Shown: positions 19,957-29,380, numbered from the stretch's first letter. The stretch is 64,000 nt of DNA from an uncultured Candidatus Saccharibacteria bacterium (GCA_964532285.1 CAZHHB010000002.1:36684-100683), one strand, 5' to 3'. A program made the numbers and translations. The notes: a model not told the origin generated them from the letters alone.

Positions 19957-19990
19957 CCCGCCCATAGCTGTTTTGGTAGTTGTTGGAGCA
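19957..19990 (+). pseudogene. Degenerate partial copy of the tRNA-Lys 5' half (pseudo-tRNA fragment)
   Basis: cccgcccatagctgttttggtagttgttggagca aligns with tRNA-Lys 5' tccgcccatagctcagctggtagagcag, which lies 75 bp downstream. Confidence 0.45.
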
Positions 19991-20031
19991 ATGTTCGCAT
20001 ATAGTTCTTTTTAGTTTAATTAATTTTATTT

Positions 20032-20104
20032 CCGCCCATAGCTCAGCTGGTAGAGCAGATCCCTCTTAAGGATAAGGTCGTAGGTTCGATCCCTACTGGG
20101 CGGA
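20032..20104 (+). tRNA. tRNA-Lys (anticodon CUU)
   Basis: CCGCCCATAGCTCAGCTGGTAGAGCAGATCCCTCTTAAGGATAAGGTCGTAGGTTCGATCCCTACTGGGCGGA. Anticodon loop CTCTTAA; T-loop GGTTCGATCC. Confidence 0.85.
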
Positions 20105-20132
20105 CTCGCAAAGTTATAAAGTTATTTGACCC

Positions 20133-20214
20133 GCCGGGGTGGCGAAATTGGTAGACGCACTTGGCTTAGGACCAAGCGGAGTAATCCATGGAGGTTCGAG
20201 TCCTCTCCCCGGCA
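20133..20214 (+). tRNA. tRNA-Leu (anticodon UAG), long variable arm
   Basis: GCCGGGGTGGCGAAATTGGTAGACGCACTTGGCTTAGGACCAAGCGGAGTAATCCATGGAGGTTCGAGTCCTCTCCCCGGCA. Anticodon loop CTTAGGA. Confidence 0.85.
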
Positions 20215-20500
20215 CACATCTCGTATACCACTAGCAAGCCCCCTGCGGGGCTTGCGTCCAAGACTCGAACGGCGGAGCGATGTTTCGCGCACCAGCGCGA
20301 AACCGCGAGCCGGTGGCTAGCCCGAACGAGCGGGTAGCGAGTGAGAGGCGAAGCCGAGTCCTCTGTACCGCGCCTGTAAGGCGAGAGTCCTCTCCCCGGC
20401 ACTTCTACGCTCTTCACTCGCTACGCTCATTCAGAGCTACGAAGTGCAGGCACAATAGAATGTTTTTTATAAGATACCGCATAGATAACTATAGTAGTCA
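20215..20500. other. GC-rich (~65%) structured non-coding segment carrying an 18-bp direct repeat of the tRNA-Leu 3' end (att-like scar)
   Basis: gagtcctctccccggcac occurs at 20189-20206 (within the tRNA) and again at 20385-20402; gagtcctct also occurs at 20359. Several GC hairpins are present (agcaagcccc/ggggcttgc; tttcgcgc/gcgcgaaa). Confidence 0.5.
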
Positions 20501-20537
20501 ATATTGTTTTTTATTTTTGAAATGAGAAAATTATGGC

Positions 20538-21368
20538 ATGGAAAAAGAGAAAAAACATTTAGCTATATTTGAAAGTAAACAGATTCGCCGACACTGGGAT
20601 GATCAGTCGGAGAAGTGGTATTTCTCCGTGGTTGATGTAGTGGGTGTATTATCTGAAAGCACAGACCCGAGGAACTATTGGAAGGTCTTGAAAAACAGGT
20701 TAAATGCGGAAGGTAGTGAGTTGGTTACAAAATGTAACCAACTGAAAATGAAATCATCTGATGATAAGTATTATTTAACTGATGCCGCTGACACCGAAGT
20801 ATTATTACGCCTCATCCAATCAATTCCATCCCCCAACGCCGAACCATTCAAGCTATGGCTTGCCAAGGTCGGCTATGAAAGACTAGAAGAAACCGCTGAT
20901 CCAGAGCTTGCTATCAATCGTGCCCTGAAGACTTATTTGGCAAAGGGCTATTCACCAGCGTGGATAATGCAGAGGTTGAAGAGTATTGAAATTCGCAAGG
21001 AACTTACTGATGAATGGGAGAAGGCAGGGGTTAAAGAGGGTCTAGAATTTGCCATCCTTACAGATGAGATTACCAAAGCATGGACAGGCATGACTACCCG
21101 TGAATACAAAAATCTCAAAGACCTCAAAAAGGAGAATCTGCGTGACAATATGACCAATCTTGAGTTAGTTCTCAATATGTTGGCTGAGACCGCTACTACG
21201 GAGATTTCCAAAAAAGTGGAGCCGAAAGGGTTGGAACCGAGTAAGAAGGTTGCTAAGAAAGGAGGTCAAATTGCCGGAAATGCTCGACGACAAGTGGAAG
21301 CGGAAACTGGAAAACCTGTTATTACTGGTGATAATTGGGAGACTAGAAAGAACAAATCACTCAAATGA
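20538..21368 (+). CDS. Bro-N domain protein, DinD-like (DNA-damage-inducible protein D family)
   Basis: 276 aa. The N-terminal KWYFSVVDVVGVLSESTDPRNYWKVLKNRL is Bro-N-like. The C-terminal region resembles DinD/KilA-C-like antirepressor proteins. Confidence 0.5.
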   Translation: MEKEKKHLAIFESKQIRRHWDDQSEKWYFSVVDVVGVLSESTDPRNYWKVLKNRLNAEGSELVTKCNQLKMKSSDDKYYLTDAADTEVLLRLIQSIPSPNAEPFKLWLAKVGYERLEETADPELAINRALKTYLAKGYSPAWIMQRLKSIEIRKELTDEWEKAGVKEGLEFAILTDEITKAWTGMTTREYKNLKDLKKENLRDNMTNLELVLNMLAETATTEISKKVEPKGLEPSKKVAKKGGQIAGNARRQVEAETGKPVITGDNWETRKNKSLK

Positions 21369-21455
21369 ATATAACCAGGCTATCGAAGATATAATTAAAC
21401 TAATAAAAAAGGCGCACACAGTGAAGTGCGCGCCCTGTGATAAAGAACTTGGAAA

Positions 21456-22553
21456 CTAACCCTTGCCACCGTAACCGCCTGGCGATACCAGCTTAATCCC
21501 TTGGGAGATGATGTGGTACACACCCTCAAGGGTATTCGTAACGGTTGTCTTCGTCTGGGGATCCAGTAATGCGGGAACCTCGATCTTTTTGCCAGTCGCC
21601 TGGTTTTCGAGCACATACGAGGTAGCAGCTTGCCCACCAGAAGTGTATGTGTGTAGAACGACGTTCGTCGTCGGTTTGTCAAATGTGACAATACCCAACG
21701 GGATGTTGCCGTACTCATTCCCCTCACCATCCTTCCAAGTCCAGACAACCATCGTCAAGTCGCTCGTGTTCTTGAAGGAGACGAGGTCACTTGAGTTTTG
21801 CAACAAAACCCTGACCTCCACGGGCGTAAGTGTAACCGGAGAACCGTCCTTGAGTGAGATCGTCTCTTGAAAATACGACCACACATTATCACCGGCCGGC
21901 TTCCATCCCGAGATGGCTATCACCCCGTTGCCGGCGTATTGGGATTGGAAATAAAAACCGTCACTATCCGTCCTCAAGGACACTGGATATGGGTTATTAT
22001 TGTTGGAGTCGCGAACGATGAGTCGCACCCCTCTCAACTGTACGCCGTTGGGCACCGCAATCTTGACTTCCGATGATAGGTATAAACCCACCATCTCTGC
22101 CCAATCTGGCAGTAGCCACCGACCATACTTGTCTTGGTAAGGTTGTGATGTGCTACCGCCACTGAATAGTGGCTGTGGTTTGTTCCCCGACCAGCGAATC
22201 TGATTCCAGTTGTTTGTGCTGTACAGATCCATGCTGATGGAGAAGTAGTCCTTCGGCGAAGTAACCTGCAAAACCCAGCGTTCGTTGACCAGCAGTTCCA
22301 TGATCCCTTCAAGAGTTTTGATCTTGTCGTTGTATTCATAGAACCGCTCGTTGTACCCATTGTCAGCCGTATCGCTGCCACAGGTCACATTCACCGCAAC
22401 CCCCTGCACCTGTTTGAAGGCGTAGGAGATCAGGGCGGTCCGATTGGTAAGCATGGACAAGTCCATGTTCACAGCAGTCTGCGCTTGAGTTTGCACTGGC
22501 ATCCAAATGCCGAGGCACAGGAAACCGACGATTAGTGTGAGTATGTTTTTCAT
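21456..22553 (-). CDS. Secreted hypothetical protein (signal peptide), GC-rich
   Basis: 365 aa; signal peptide MKNILTLIVGFLCLGIWMPVQTQAQT. Elevated GC compared with core genes. Confidence 0.5.
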   Translation of the reverse strand: MKNILTLIVGFLCLGIWMPVQTQAQTAVNMDLSMLTNRTALISYAFKQVQGVAVNVTCGSDTADNGYNERFYEYNDKIKTLEGIMELLVNERWVLQVTSPKDYFSISMDLYSTNNWNQIRWSGNKPQPLFSGGSTSQPYQDKYGRWLLPDWAEMVGLYLSSEVKIAVPNGVQLRGVRLIVRDSNNNNPYPVSLRTDSDGFYFQSQYAGNGVIAISGWKPAGDNVWSYFQETISLKDGSPVTLTPVEVRVLLQNSSDLVSFKNTSDLTMVVWTWKDGEGNEYGNIPLGIVTFDKPTTNVVLHTYTSGGQAATSYVLENQATGKKIEVPALLDPQTKTTVTNTLEGVYHIISQGIKLVSPGGYGGKG

Positions 22554-22607
22554 CTATCGCTCTCTCTTTCTTTGTTTGTTTTTTTGGTTTTTGTTTGTTA
22601 CCGCAGA

Positions 22608-22874
22608 TTACTTCAGCGTGATTTTGGTCACGCGAACCGTGACGTGATTTGTGTCCACAGGCCGTTCGGCACGAACAGTGTTACTGGAGGAGTTCTGCCC
22701 CCGCGAGGGATTCTGCTGATTCCTCACAGTCTCATCCACCTTGGACGCACCGTAAATCAACATACCGACGAAGGCCAAGACGGCGACGATCGAAAAGGCA
22801 CAAATCACCCAGATCACACCCCTTGTCTTCTCTTCCCGTTTTTCCTGCTTCCTGACTGTATTAACCTTTTTCAT
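22608..22874 (-). CDS. Small membrane protein, hypothetical
   Basis: 88 aa; K/R-rich N-terminus then one TM (VIWVICAFSIVAVLAFVGMLIY). Confidence 0.35.
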   Translation of the reverse strand: MKKVNTVRKQEKREEKTRGVIWVICAFSIVAVLAFVGMLIYGASKVDETVRNQQNPSRGQNSSSNTVRAERPVDTNHVTVRVTKITLK

Positions 22875-23160
22875 ATTATTTTGCTTTCAAACTGCGTTTC
22901 TGTCGTTTTTTCTGTCTCCAAATGAAAAGTGGCCCGTATAGCCATATCCATTAACTGGCAAGAGTGTATCAGACTAGTTGGCAGATGTCAATACTTAACT
23001 TGACAAGAACAACTCATAATGCTAACATGCAACCAGTACGCACAGTCTGCTTGAACCTTCAAATGTTCGCTTTGCGGATATGAGATGGGGCGGATTGATA
23101 ACATACCTAGGAAACTAGGATCATAATAAATGGCGATAAGCCATTAGCAGAAAGAACAGT

Positions 23161-23838
23161 ATGAGCACACAAGTAGCAGGAACGGCAACGAGCACGGAAG
23201 GACCAACACTTCTCGTGCTTGAAGAGAAACAGCCGATGACCACCGAAGCCTACGACTGGATGATGAGTATCAACTCTCTTCCTGGGTGCGGACTCTCCCC
23301 AATTCGTTTCATTGGGTTGAAAAACATCGAAAGGCTCTCGGAAGCCCTCGGACACCAGATAACCCTTGAGGAGGCGAAGATACTCGTCCGGTTGGACGGT
23401 GACAAAATGAAGTGCGATGATACTGAGAGGGAGTTCCAACCAATCGCATACTGGCCGTACATCAACGCGGACATGGAGAAGGACCTCGCGTCCGGGAAAA
23501 CACTGGCTGAAATCTCCGTGCCCTTTGGCGGAGCCTTCTTCCTCGAAGGCAAACAGATCTTCGCCTTCTCCGGACCGGTTTACGACAAACTCGGGGCTAG
23601 CTGGATGAATGAAAGCCCGCTTGTCAAAGCGTCAAAAGAAGCCGGCTTCATCAGGAAACTCAAACGCCCGATCTGGGGGAAATGCTTCCAGGTGTTGGCG
23701 GACTATCTGTCTGACGAGGTGGAGAGGAAGAGGCGTCAGCAAGAAAGCCGGGACCGCATCAAAGACAAGTTCTCTGGGAAAAAGCGGGGGCTGAATAAAC
23801 TGAACAATGTTTTTGCCTCGCTGGAACTGGAGGATTAA
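23161..23838 (+). CDS. Hypothetical protein (GC-rich island gene)
   Basis: 225 aa complete ORF with a protein-like composition. The antisense ORFs in this region are R/W/C-rich, which suggests they are artefacts. Confidence 0.4.
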   Translation: MSTQVAGTATSTEGPTLLVLEEKQPMTTEAYDWMMSINSLPGCGLSPIRFIGLKNIERLSEALGHQITLEEAKILVRLDGDKMKCDDTEREFQPIAYWPYINADMEKDLASGKTLAEISVPFGGAFFLEGKQIFAFSGPVYDKLGASWMNESPLVKASKEAGFIRKLKRPIWGKCFQVLADYLSDEVERKRRQQESRDRIKDKFSGKKRGLNKLNNVFASLELED

Positions 23839-24034
23839 CACCCGAGATCAAACAAGATCAAAGAGCCCGCATGTCTACATGCGGGCTCCCTTTTTATATG
23901 TAATATGGAACAAGCCTTGACATCACTATTGTAATGATATATAATGCTCGTCAGTGATTAAAGTTGTTTTGACAACAAATAGAAACGAAAACAAAGACCA
24001 CGAGCGATCGTAGGTCACAACCACAAGGAAACAA

Positions 24035-25534
24035 ATGAAAAGCAACCCAGCGGGATTGCCCGCAGTGAAAGGGTTCAGTCTGAACCATCCGTTTCAGGTG
24101 ACTTGGGGAGAAATTCCCAATACCGAATACATCACGACCGTGATCATCCCTCCCGATGGGAAGAGGATGAAGGGCACCAAGACCAAGAATAATGGTCTTG
24201 ATATCAGGGTCCTGAAAAACATCCCCGGGGAACATATCCTCGAGGTGTTGGCTACTACTCCTGACGGCTCCAGTAAGGGGCCGGCTGGGCGAGTCAGCTT
24301 CAAGATCGTGAATGAAAAAGTGGAGGAGTTCAAGGAACTGCCTCCCGAGGAAGAAGATGAGGACGAGGATCCAAACCAAATCCCCAACTTGTCGGGCGGA
24401 ACGGGATCGACCGCCGGAACTGGAACGGGCACTTCGCCCGCGCCGAATCCGACGCCTGGGTCCGGAGCTGGTCCGGTGAATCGTCCCGCCGGTCCCGTGA
24501 GTCAGCCGACTTCGGGAACCGCGAGTCACGACCTCAGTCTGGCCTTGAACCATCTGGGTGAGGGAATCAAAACCCTGGTCTCTCAGGGTGTGGCAAATAC
24601 AAACTCGCTCCGCACCTTGGCGGAAAGCAACAAGGGATTCGCCGAGGGATTCAGTTCCCTCAGTAGCGAGAATGGACCGCTGGCACAGATGACGCAGCTC
24701 CACGGCAAAACAGCGCTGGCGTTGGATGGGATTCTGATTAAACTCAACCAACTGCCGCCCGCCGCCATTACTACGCCCACCGGTACTGTGGCGACGACCG
24801 GAGTTCAGCAAAAGCCGCAGAAGACCAAAAAGTCCGGAAACGGGAAGTGGTGGCTGCCGGCTGTTGCAATCGTCGCAATGGTTGCGCTGGTTGCATTCGT
24901 TGCCATGAAATCCATGAATAACCTGACCCAAACTCCCCCTCCCGCCCAGTCGATTGAAACCGATAAAGCGGTGATGGATGCCCGAAGAATGGCAGTGGAG
25001 GCCAACAGTAAGGCCAACGAGATGCAGCAGCAGGTGGAAGCCATTCACCGCGAGTTGAACAAACCCGCGCCGGCTCCCATCGCACAGCCGATAACGGTGA
25101 ATGTTGTTGTGACGAACAACAATATCAACAACAACTGTTGTGGGGAAAGGCAAAAGGCGGAAACGCCTGCTGTCCAACCCCCGCCAGTTCCGGCTCCGAC
25201 TGCCCCACCCCAACCGGTGGCACAGGTTCCACAGCAAAAGGGTTATTGGTACCAAGAAGTGGTGCCCGTAGCTCAGACGGTTCAGACTTATGTGGAACCA
25301 CAACAAGTTGTGATCCAGCAGCCTGGATTCAATGGGTATTACTATCAACCGTACGGGCCATCCTGCGGAACTTCCGTTGGATTCCGTGTCGGTATCGGTG
25401 GTGGCTACGGCGGTGGTGGTGGAGGCTATTGTCCTCCGCCGGCACGCGGGGGGTTCTACTCCCCGACACAGTTGAGTCAACCATGTCCACCACAAGGTGG
25501 AGGTGGTCGCGGTGGCCATGGTGGTCGCCGATAA
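24035..25534 (+). CDS. Pro/Gly/Thr-rich low-complexity membrane protein, hypothetical
   Basis: 499 aa with a central TM (WWLPAVAIVAMVALVAFVAM), PAPxP repeats and a Gly-rich C-terminus. The antisense 536-aa ORF has R/W/C-rich composition typical of a GC-rich artefact. Confidence 0.45.
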   Translation: MKSNPAGLPAVKGFSLNHPFQVTWGEIPNTEYITTVIIPPDGKRMKGTKTKNNGLDIRVLKNIPGEHILEVLATTPDGSSKGPAGRVSFKIVNEKVEEFKELPPEEEDEDEDPNQIPNLSGGTGSTAGTGTGTSPAPNPTPGSGAGPVNRPAGPVSQPTSGTASHDLSLALNHLGEGIKTLVSQGVANTNSLRTLAESNKGFAEGFSSLSSENGPLAQMTQLHGKTALALDGILIKLNQLPPAAITTPTGTVATTGVQQKPQKTKKSGNGKWWLPAVAIVAMVALVAFVAMKSMNNLTQTPPPAQSIETDKAVMDARRMAVEANSKANEMQQQVEAIHRELNKPAPAPIAQPITVNVVVTNNNINNNCCGERQKAETPAVQPPPVPAPTAPPQPVAQVPQQKGYWYQEVVPVAQTVQTYVEPQQVVIQQPGFNGYYYQPYGPSCGTSVGFRVGIGGGYGGGGGGYCPPPARGGFYSPTQLSQPCPPQGGGGRGGHGGRR

Positions 25535-25561
25535 ACAATAGTTCCTTGTTCCAACACACAT

Positions 25562-25600
25562 CCCTCGCGCAGACTACAGAGTCTGCCGAGGGTTGTTTTT
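25562..25600 (+). terminator. Terminator-like hairpin gcagact..agtctgc followed by a T-run
   Basis: gcagactacagagtctgc is followed by cgagggttgttttttg. Confidence 0.5.
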
Positions 25601-25809
25601 TGTACTAAAAACTATCACAACACATAAATAAATTTTTGAATACTTGTGCAGAAACTAAAATCTTTGATAAAATTTAAGTATCAGTAGGTAGATTTGCTCA
25701 CGTCAAAGACGAAGGAACTACAATTAAATAATCCGAGGGCGCGCAGAGCCATCACAATCCACTTTTATGAATAAGTGGAAATTTTTTATTAAATTAAATA
25801 AACACGATC

Positions 25810-26799
25810 ATGAATATTCAAAACATAAAACAAAATGGGAATGTCGTCCTTTACACTGACAAACACGGTAATGTTGAATTACGCGCGGACTTAGAAAAAG
25901 ATACGATTTGGGCGACACAGGATCAAATCATGCGTTTGTTCGAGATTGATCAGTCTGTCGTATCACGTCATATAAATAATATAATCAAAGACGGTGAAAT
26001 TGATGGGAAAAGCAATATGCAAAAAATGCATAGTGCTAATTCAGATCGTCCGATAACCCTTTATTCACTTGATATTATATTGTCCGTTGGTTATAGAACC
26101 AATTCAAAGAATGCTATATCTTTCAGAAGATGGGCAACGGGCGTTCTCCGTGACTATCTCACTAAAGGTTACGCTATAAACCAACACAAACTAGCTGAGA
26201 CTCGAGAAAAGTTTACTGACTTACAAAAGGCGGTTGCTCTCATAGAATCGAAGTCACATCGTGAATCATTGAAAGGTAAAGCTGGAGATATCCTCGAGCT
26301 TCTGTCTGCATATTCGAAAACTCTCACTATTCTCGAACAATACGATAACGAGACTCTTACTGATATTAAGGGCAAAAGAAGTGTCTACAAACTAACCTAT
26401 GAAGATAGTTTAGGATTGATCGATGATATAGAAATGGAACTGTCTGTGAAGGGCGAAGCTAATGAACTCTTTGCTGTAGAACGCGGTGGCATGTTTGAAG
26501 GAGTTGTTAAATCTGTCTACCAGACATTTGGCGGCAAAGAGCTCTATCCAACGATAGAAGATAAGGCTGCCAACCTCTTATATTTCGTTATAAAAGATCA
26601 TCCTTTTTCTGATGGCAACAAGCGCATCGGCTCAATGGTGTTCTTGTATTTCCTGCATCGCAACAGATACCTCATCAGACCAAATGGTGAACGAAAGATA
26701 AATGATACCGCAATGGCTGCATTGGCACTCCTCGTGGCCGAGAGTGATCCTAAAGAGAAAGAAACCATAGTCAAATTAACCAAGAACCTAGTACACTGA
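25810..26799 (+). CDS. RhuM-family N-domain fused to Fic/Doc-family domain protein
   Basis: 329 aa. The N-terminus (VLYTDKHGNVELRADLEKDTIWATQDQIMRLFEIDQSVVSRHINNI) resembles RhuM/COG3943. The C-terminus has the Fic/Doc motif HPFSDGNKRIG. Confidence 0.7.
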   Translation: MNIQNIKQNGNVVLYTDKHGNVELRADLEKDTIWATQDQIMRLFEIDQSVVSRHINNIIKDGEIDGKSNMQKMHSANSDRPITLYSLDIILSVGYRTNSKNAISFRRWATGVLRDYLTKGYAINQHKLAETREKFTDLQKAVALIESKSHRESLKGKAGDILELLSAYSKTLTILEQYDNETLTDIKGKRSVYKLTYEDSLGLIDDIEMELSVKGEANELFAVERGGMFEGVVKSVYQTFGGKELYPTIEDKAANLLYFVIKDHPFSDGNKRIGSMVFLYFLHRNRYLIRPNGERKINDTAMAALALLVAESDPKEKETIVKLTKNLVH

Positions 26800-26852
26800 T
26801 TAAACCTATCATCTAAGCCATTCTAAGCCATATTCTCATTATTACATTTCCC

Positions 26853-26881
26853 TTGACATCCACCTCCAAAAATGATACAAT
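26853..26881 (+). promoter_or_regulatory. Sigma70-like promoter (TTGACA, 17-nt spacer, TACAAT)
   Basis: ttgaca at 26853-26858, 17-nt spacer, tacaat at 26876-26881, upstream of the SPFH-like gene. Confidence 0.4.
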
Positions 26882-27009
26882 ACGGGACAGTTAAGTCAGC
26901 AGTGTGATATTCGTGTGAGTGTCCCTGCGTTGACAATTTGAATAGAAAAAACGACAAAAACAATACTTCCCTACAAACGGGAGGTTACAAAATCGGAGGA
27001 AAGAGAGTT

Positions 27010-28041
27010 ATGAGTAAAGAACACGAATCAACACCAAACAAAGAAAGAAGGGGTGAATATCTCTTGGTAGCAATACTGGAGATCGTCATTATTGGGTTGG
27101 TATTGGGCTGGATAGTGAAATTCATACTGAACGAAAGGTATGAAATAGCGACCAGCACCATTTACATCTCGAGCATGATGGTGTGGATCTCTGTAATAGG
27201 TTTTACAGGACTTCACAGGAGGTTCTTCACCTATGTACCAGAAAATTCTGGAGCCGTGATTGTAAACCAACTCCGAACATACGAGGAGCCCAAGAAAGAA
27301 GAAGACCGCACGAAGCTGATGCCGACAAAATCACTTCGCGAAGTTGGTCCTGGTCTCCAAGGTCTTCTCCTATGGGAAAAAGTCGGATGGGTAATAGACC
27401 TCGGAAAACAGATCACCATCAAGAAAGAGGTTACAGCTTATTCAAAAGATAAGATTGAGCTCAAGCTTGATTGGCAAGTGATTCTCACGGCATTACGTGG
27501 ATACTTAGTCAATTTGGTACGACATGACGGTGACACTATAGCGTTATTCTTTGAAGGTGCTTGTCAGGCAAAATTAATTGAACTGATAAGTCATGAATAC
27601 GCCCAGGATGTACCGGCTGAAGCGGGGGCTGAAGCGATTCAGAGTCTATCAGAAAGACTTGTGATCATAAAGGAAGAATTTAATAACTTCCTTGGTGGTC
27701 CAAATGACACAGATGATATTGAGAAACAGTTTGGGACATTCACCAATAGTCCTCAAATCATCAATATTAGGTGGCCGAAAGGATTCACCGAATCAGCCGA
27801 GGCGTTGAGGGTAAACATGAACAATGCCGCAGCGATGACGGCACTAACGAGAGACAACCCTGGACTGAAACCAAACCAGGCCCTCATTGCAGTCTTAACT
27901 GCACAAGGAAAATCGCCTGATGGACTGATTGACTTAAACATCAGCGGTCTGGAAAACCTACACACACTAAACATGGCTGGCAATCCAGCCAATTTCCTAA
28001 AGAAAACTGGAAACAAGAAGAAAGGAGACGGTAATGAGTAA
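27010..28041 (+). CDS. SPFH/band-7-like membrane protein
   Basis: Start at MSKEHE with SD ggaggaaagag; the ORF could extend to 26938. N-terminal TM is followed by GAVIVNQLRTYEEP...GPGLQGL...VIDLGKQITIKKEVTAYSKDKIELKLDWQV, consistent with an SPFH core. Confidence 0.45.
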   Translation: MSKEHESTPNKERRGEYLLVAILEIVIIGLVLGWIVKFILNERYEIATSTIYISSMMVWISVIGFTGLHRRFFTYVPENSGAVIVNQLRTYEEPKKEEDRTKLMPTKSLREVGPGLQGLLLWEKVGWVIDLGKQITIKKEVTAYSKDKIELKLDWQVILTALRGYLVNLVRHDGDTIALFFEGACQAKLIELISHEYAQDVPAEAGAEAIQSLSERLVIIKEEFNNFLGGPNDTDDIEKQFGTFTNSPQIINIRWPKGFTESAEALRVNMNNAAAMTALTRDNPGLKPNQALIAVLTAQGKSPDGLIDLNISGLENLHTLNMAGNPANFLKKTGNKKKGDGNE

Positions 28042-28330
28042 AAAGACTGTGGCTTTCAGCCACGAAGATAGTCCTGGCGAAACAAAGCCTCCAGCTGACA
28101 AACCGGGGAGCCGTACAGACAACACACCAAAAGTTCTTGCAATCATATTGCTTGTCGCCGGAGGTCTGTTGTTGCTGATGATAAATCGGGATAGGGCAAC
28201 AAGCACCGGCAAACCCAAGGGAAATGCTCCGCTTGTCACCTCCTCCCCTCCCCTCATCCAAAGCGGTATCGTTGATATCGTGGTCGGTGAGTGGACAAAG
28301 CCAATTGTGTGCGCCCAGGGGGGGGGGTAA
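28034..28330 (+). CDS. Small membrane protein; ORF ends immediately after a G10 tract (possible frameshifted NfeD-like partner)
   Basis: 98 aa; TM (VLAIILLVAGGLLLLMI). Reading through the G10 tract at 28318-28327 would fuse it to frame 28339-28580. Confidence 0.35.
   Translation: MSKKTVAFSHEDSPGETKPPADKPGSRTDNTPKVLAIILLVAGGLLLLMINRDRATSTGKPKGNAPLVTSSPPLIQSGIVDIVVGEWTKPIVCAQGGG
28318..28327. repeat. Homopolymeric G10 tract
   Basis: cccaGGGGGGGGGGtaa joins two ORFs in different frames. Confidence 0.9.
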
Positions 28331-28607
28331 ACGCATCATGGCTGCGGTAATGACAGAGGGTGTCATGGTAGATGCCCTTCTTGATGGGACTCGGCCTTAT
28401 GTGATAGTGCCCAAAGGCTGGCCTGGGGCCAAACACTTGGAAATCACGAATGGTTTCAACGCCATTCAGCTCCAGGTACGAGCCGGGCAGACAAATAGGC
28501 TCGGTCAGCCGATCACAAGTGCGAAGGCGTCATGGGAAATAGTCCCCCGCAAAGACATTGTCGCTTCCGCTTGGAATTAGTTACTTGGAGCTCATCAGAG
28601 CTCACGC

Positions 28608-28648
28608 AAAACAGGCCACAGAGTAATATCTGCGGCCTGTCTTTTTTT
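28608..28648 (+). terminator. Rho-independent terminator (acaggcc...ggcctgt, T7)
   Basis: acaggccacagagtaatatctgcggcctgt followed by ctttttttg. Confidence 0.6.
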
Positions 28649-28678
28649 GTCCGAGGCCTACCCTTCGGAGGCCTTACA

Positions 28679-28978
28679 TCACAAAGCCTTAACTGTATTT
28701 GAGATGAGATATATTATTCCCCAAGCTGAGACCATGATGAATAAACCAAGCACGCCATACAATATCATCATCTTCCCTTTCGATCTGGCATCCTCATCGC
28801 CACCTTTTATGATCATCTGCAAAACTCCGTAAACAAAGACCACAACCGCTACACCGAACAGGAGTCCCAGGACTGGATAGACGATGTTTGAAATGATTGG
28901 ACTTAGAGTATTACCAAGAACCGTGGCATCTACTGCCGCATTAGCTTGCAGGATTGGCTCTGATAATAGAGAAAACAT
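28679..28978 (-). CDS. Small secreted two-TM protein, paralog 1 of 6 (VirB2/TrbC-pilin-like topology)
   Basis: 99 aa; hydrophobic N-terminus, two TM helices separated by the charged loop KGGDEDARSKGK. Confidence 0.45.
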   Translation of the reverse strand: MFSLLSEPILQANAAVDATVLGNTLSPIISNIVYPVLGLLFGVAVVVFVYGVLQMIIKGGDEDARSKGKMMILYGVLGLFIMVSAWGIIYLISNTVKAL

Positions 28979-28984
28979 TGATAA

Positions 28985-29380
28985 TTACTGAACGATAGGT
29001 ACTTGTCTGGCTGGTATACCATCTATCTGTTCATTATTCGTGAAGTTTGGAATCTTTTTGTCAGTTGGTTGTGTCCCAAATGTATTAGTCAAGATATTCA
29101 CCAAACCCCAGATAGATACAATGATGAATAGACCGACTATGCCCCAGAGGATATTCATACCGGCGGCTCCACGACCCTCTTCTCCCTTGCCCTTTATGAG
29201 ATACATCACAACATTCCATACGATGAATAGAACAGCGGCGGCGACTAAGATGTACACAATCGTACTACCAATACCCAGGATCTTGGTACTCAAGGAGTTG
29301 ACATCCACGACTCTGGCGGTTGTTTGAGCAAAAGCCATAGACGGAGCAATAGTTACGACAAAAGCAATGATTTTTTTCAT
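28985..29380 (-). CDS. Small secreted two-TM protein, paralog 2 of 6 (VirB2/TrbC-pilin-like)
   Basis: Signal peptide MKKIIAFVVTIAPSMAFAQTT; loop KGKGEEGRGAAG between two TMs. About 128 nt are identical to paralog 3. Confidence 0.5.
   Translation of the reverse strand: MKKIIAFVVTIAPSMAFAQTTARVVDVNSLSTKILGIGSTIVYILVAAAVLFIVWNVVMYLIKGKGEEGRGAAGMNILWGIVGLFIIVSIWGLVNILTNTFGTQPTDKKIPNFTNNEQIDGIPARQVPIVQ

Noticed and set aside
20126-20525. Short ORFs (64-83 aa) on both strands across the tRNA-Leu 3' GC-rich segment
   Set aside because: They overlap the tRNA and are Arg/Ser/Pro-rich, so they are GC-rich frame artefacts. I treated the region as non-coding structured DNA/RNA. I also considered tmRNA, but found no tRNA-like acceptor or T-arm with a resume codon, and the length is too short.
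23951-25561. 536-aa minus-strand ORF overlapping the 499-aa plus-strand ORF
   Set aside because: Its R/W/C-rich composition is typical of a frame artefact antisense to a GC-rich gene. The plus-strand product has a TM helix and protein-like composition.
20215-28650. Integrase or recombinase gene within the tRNA-Leu-adjacent island
   Set aside because: No ORF with a tyrosine- or serine-recombinase signature was seen. Island status rests on the att-like repeat, GC content and cargo genes only.
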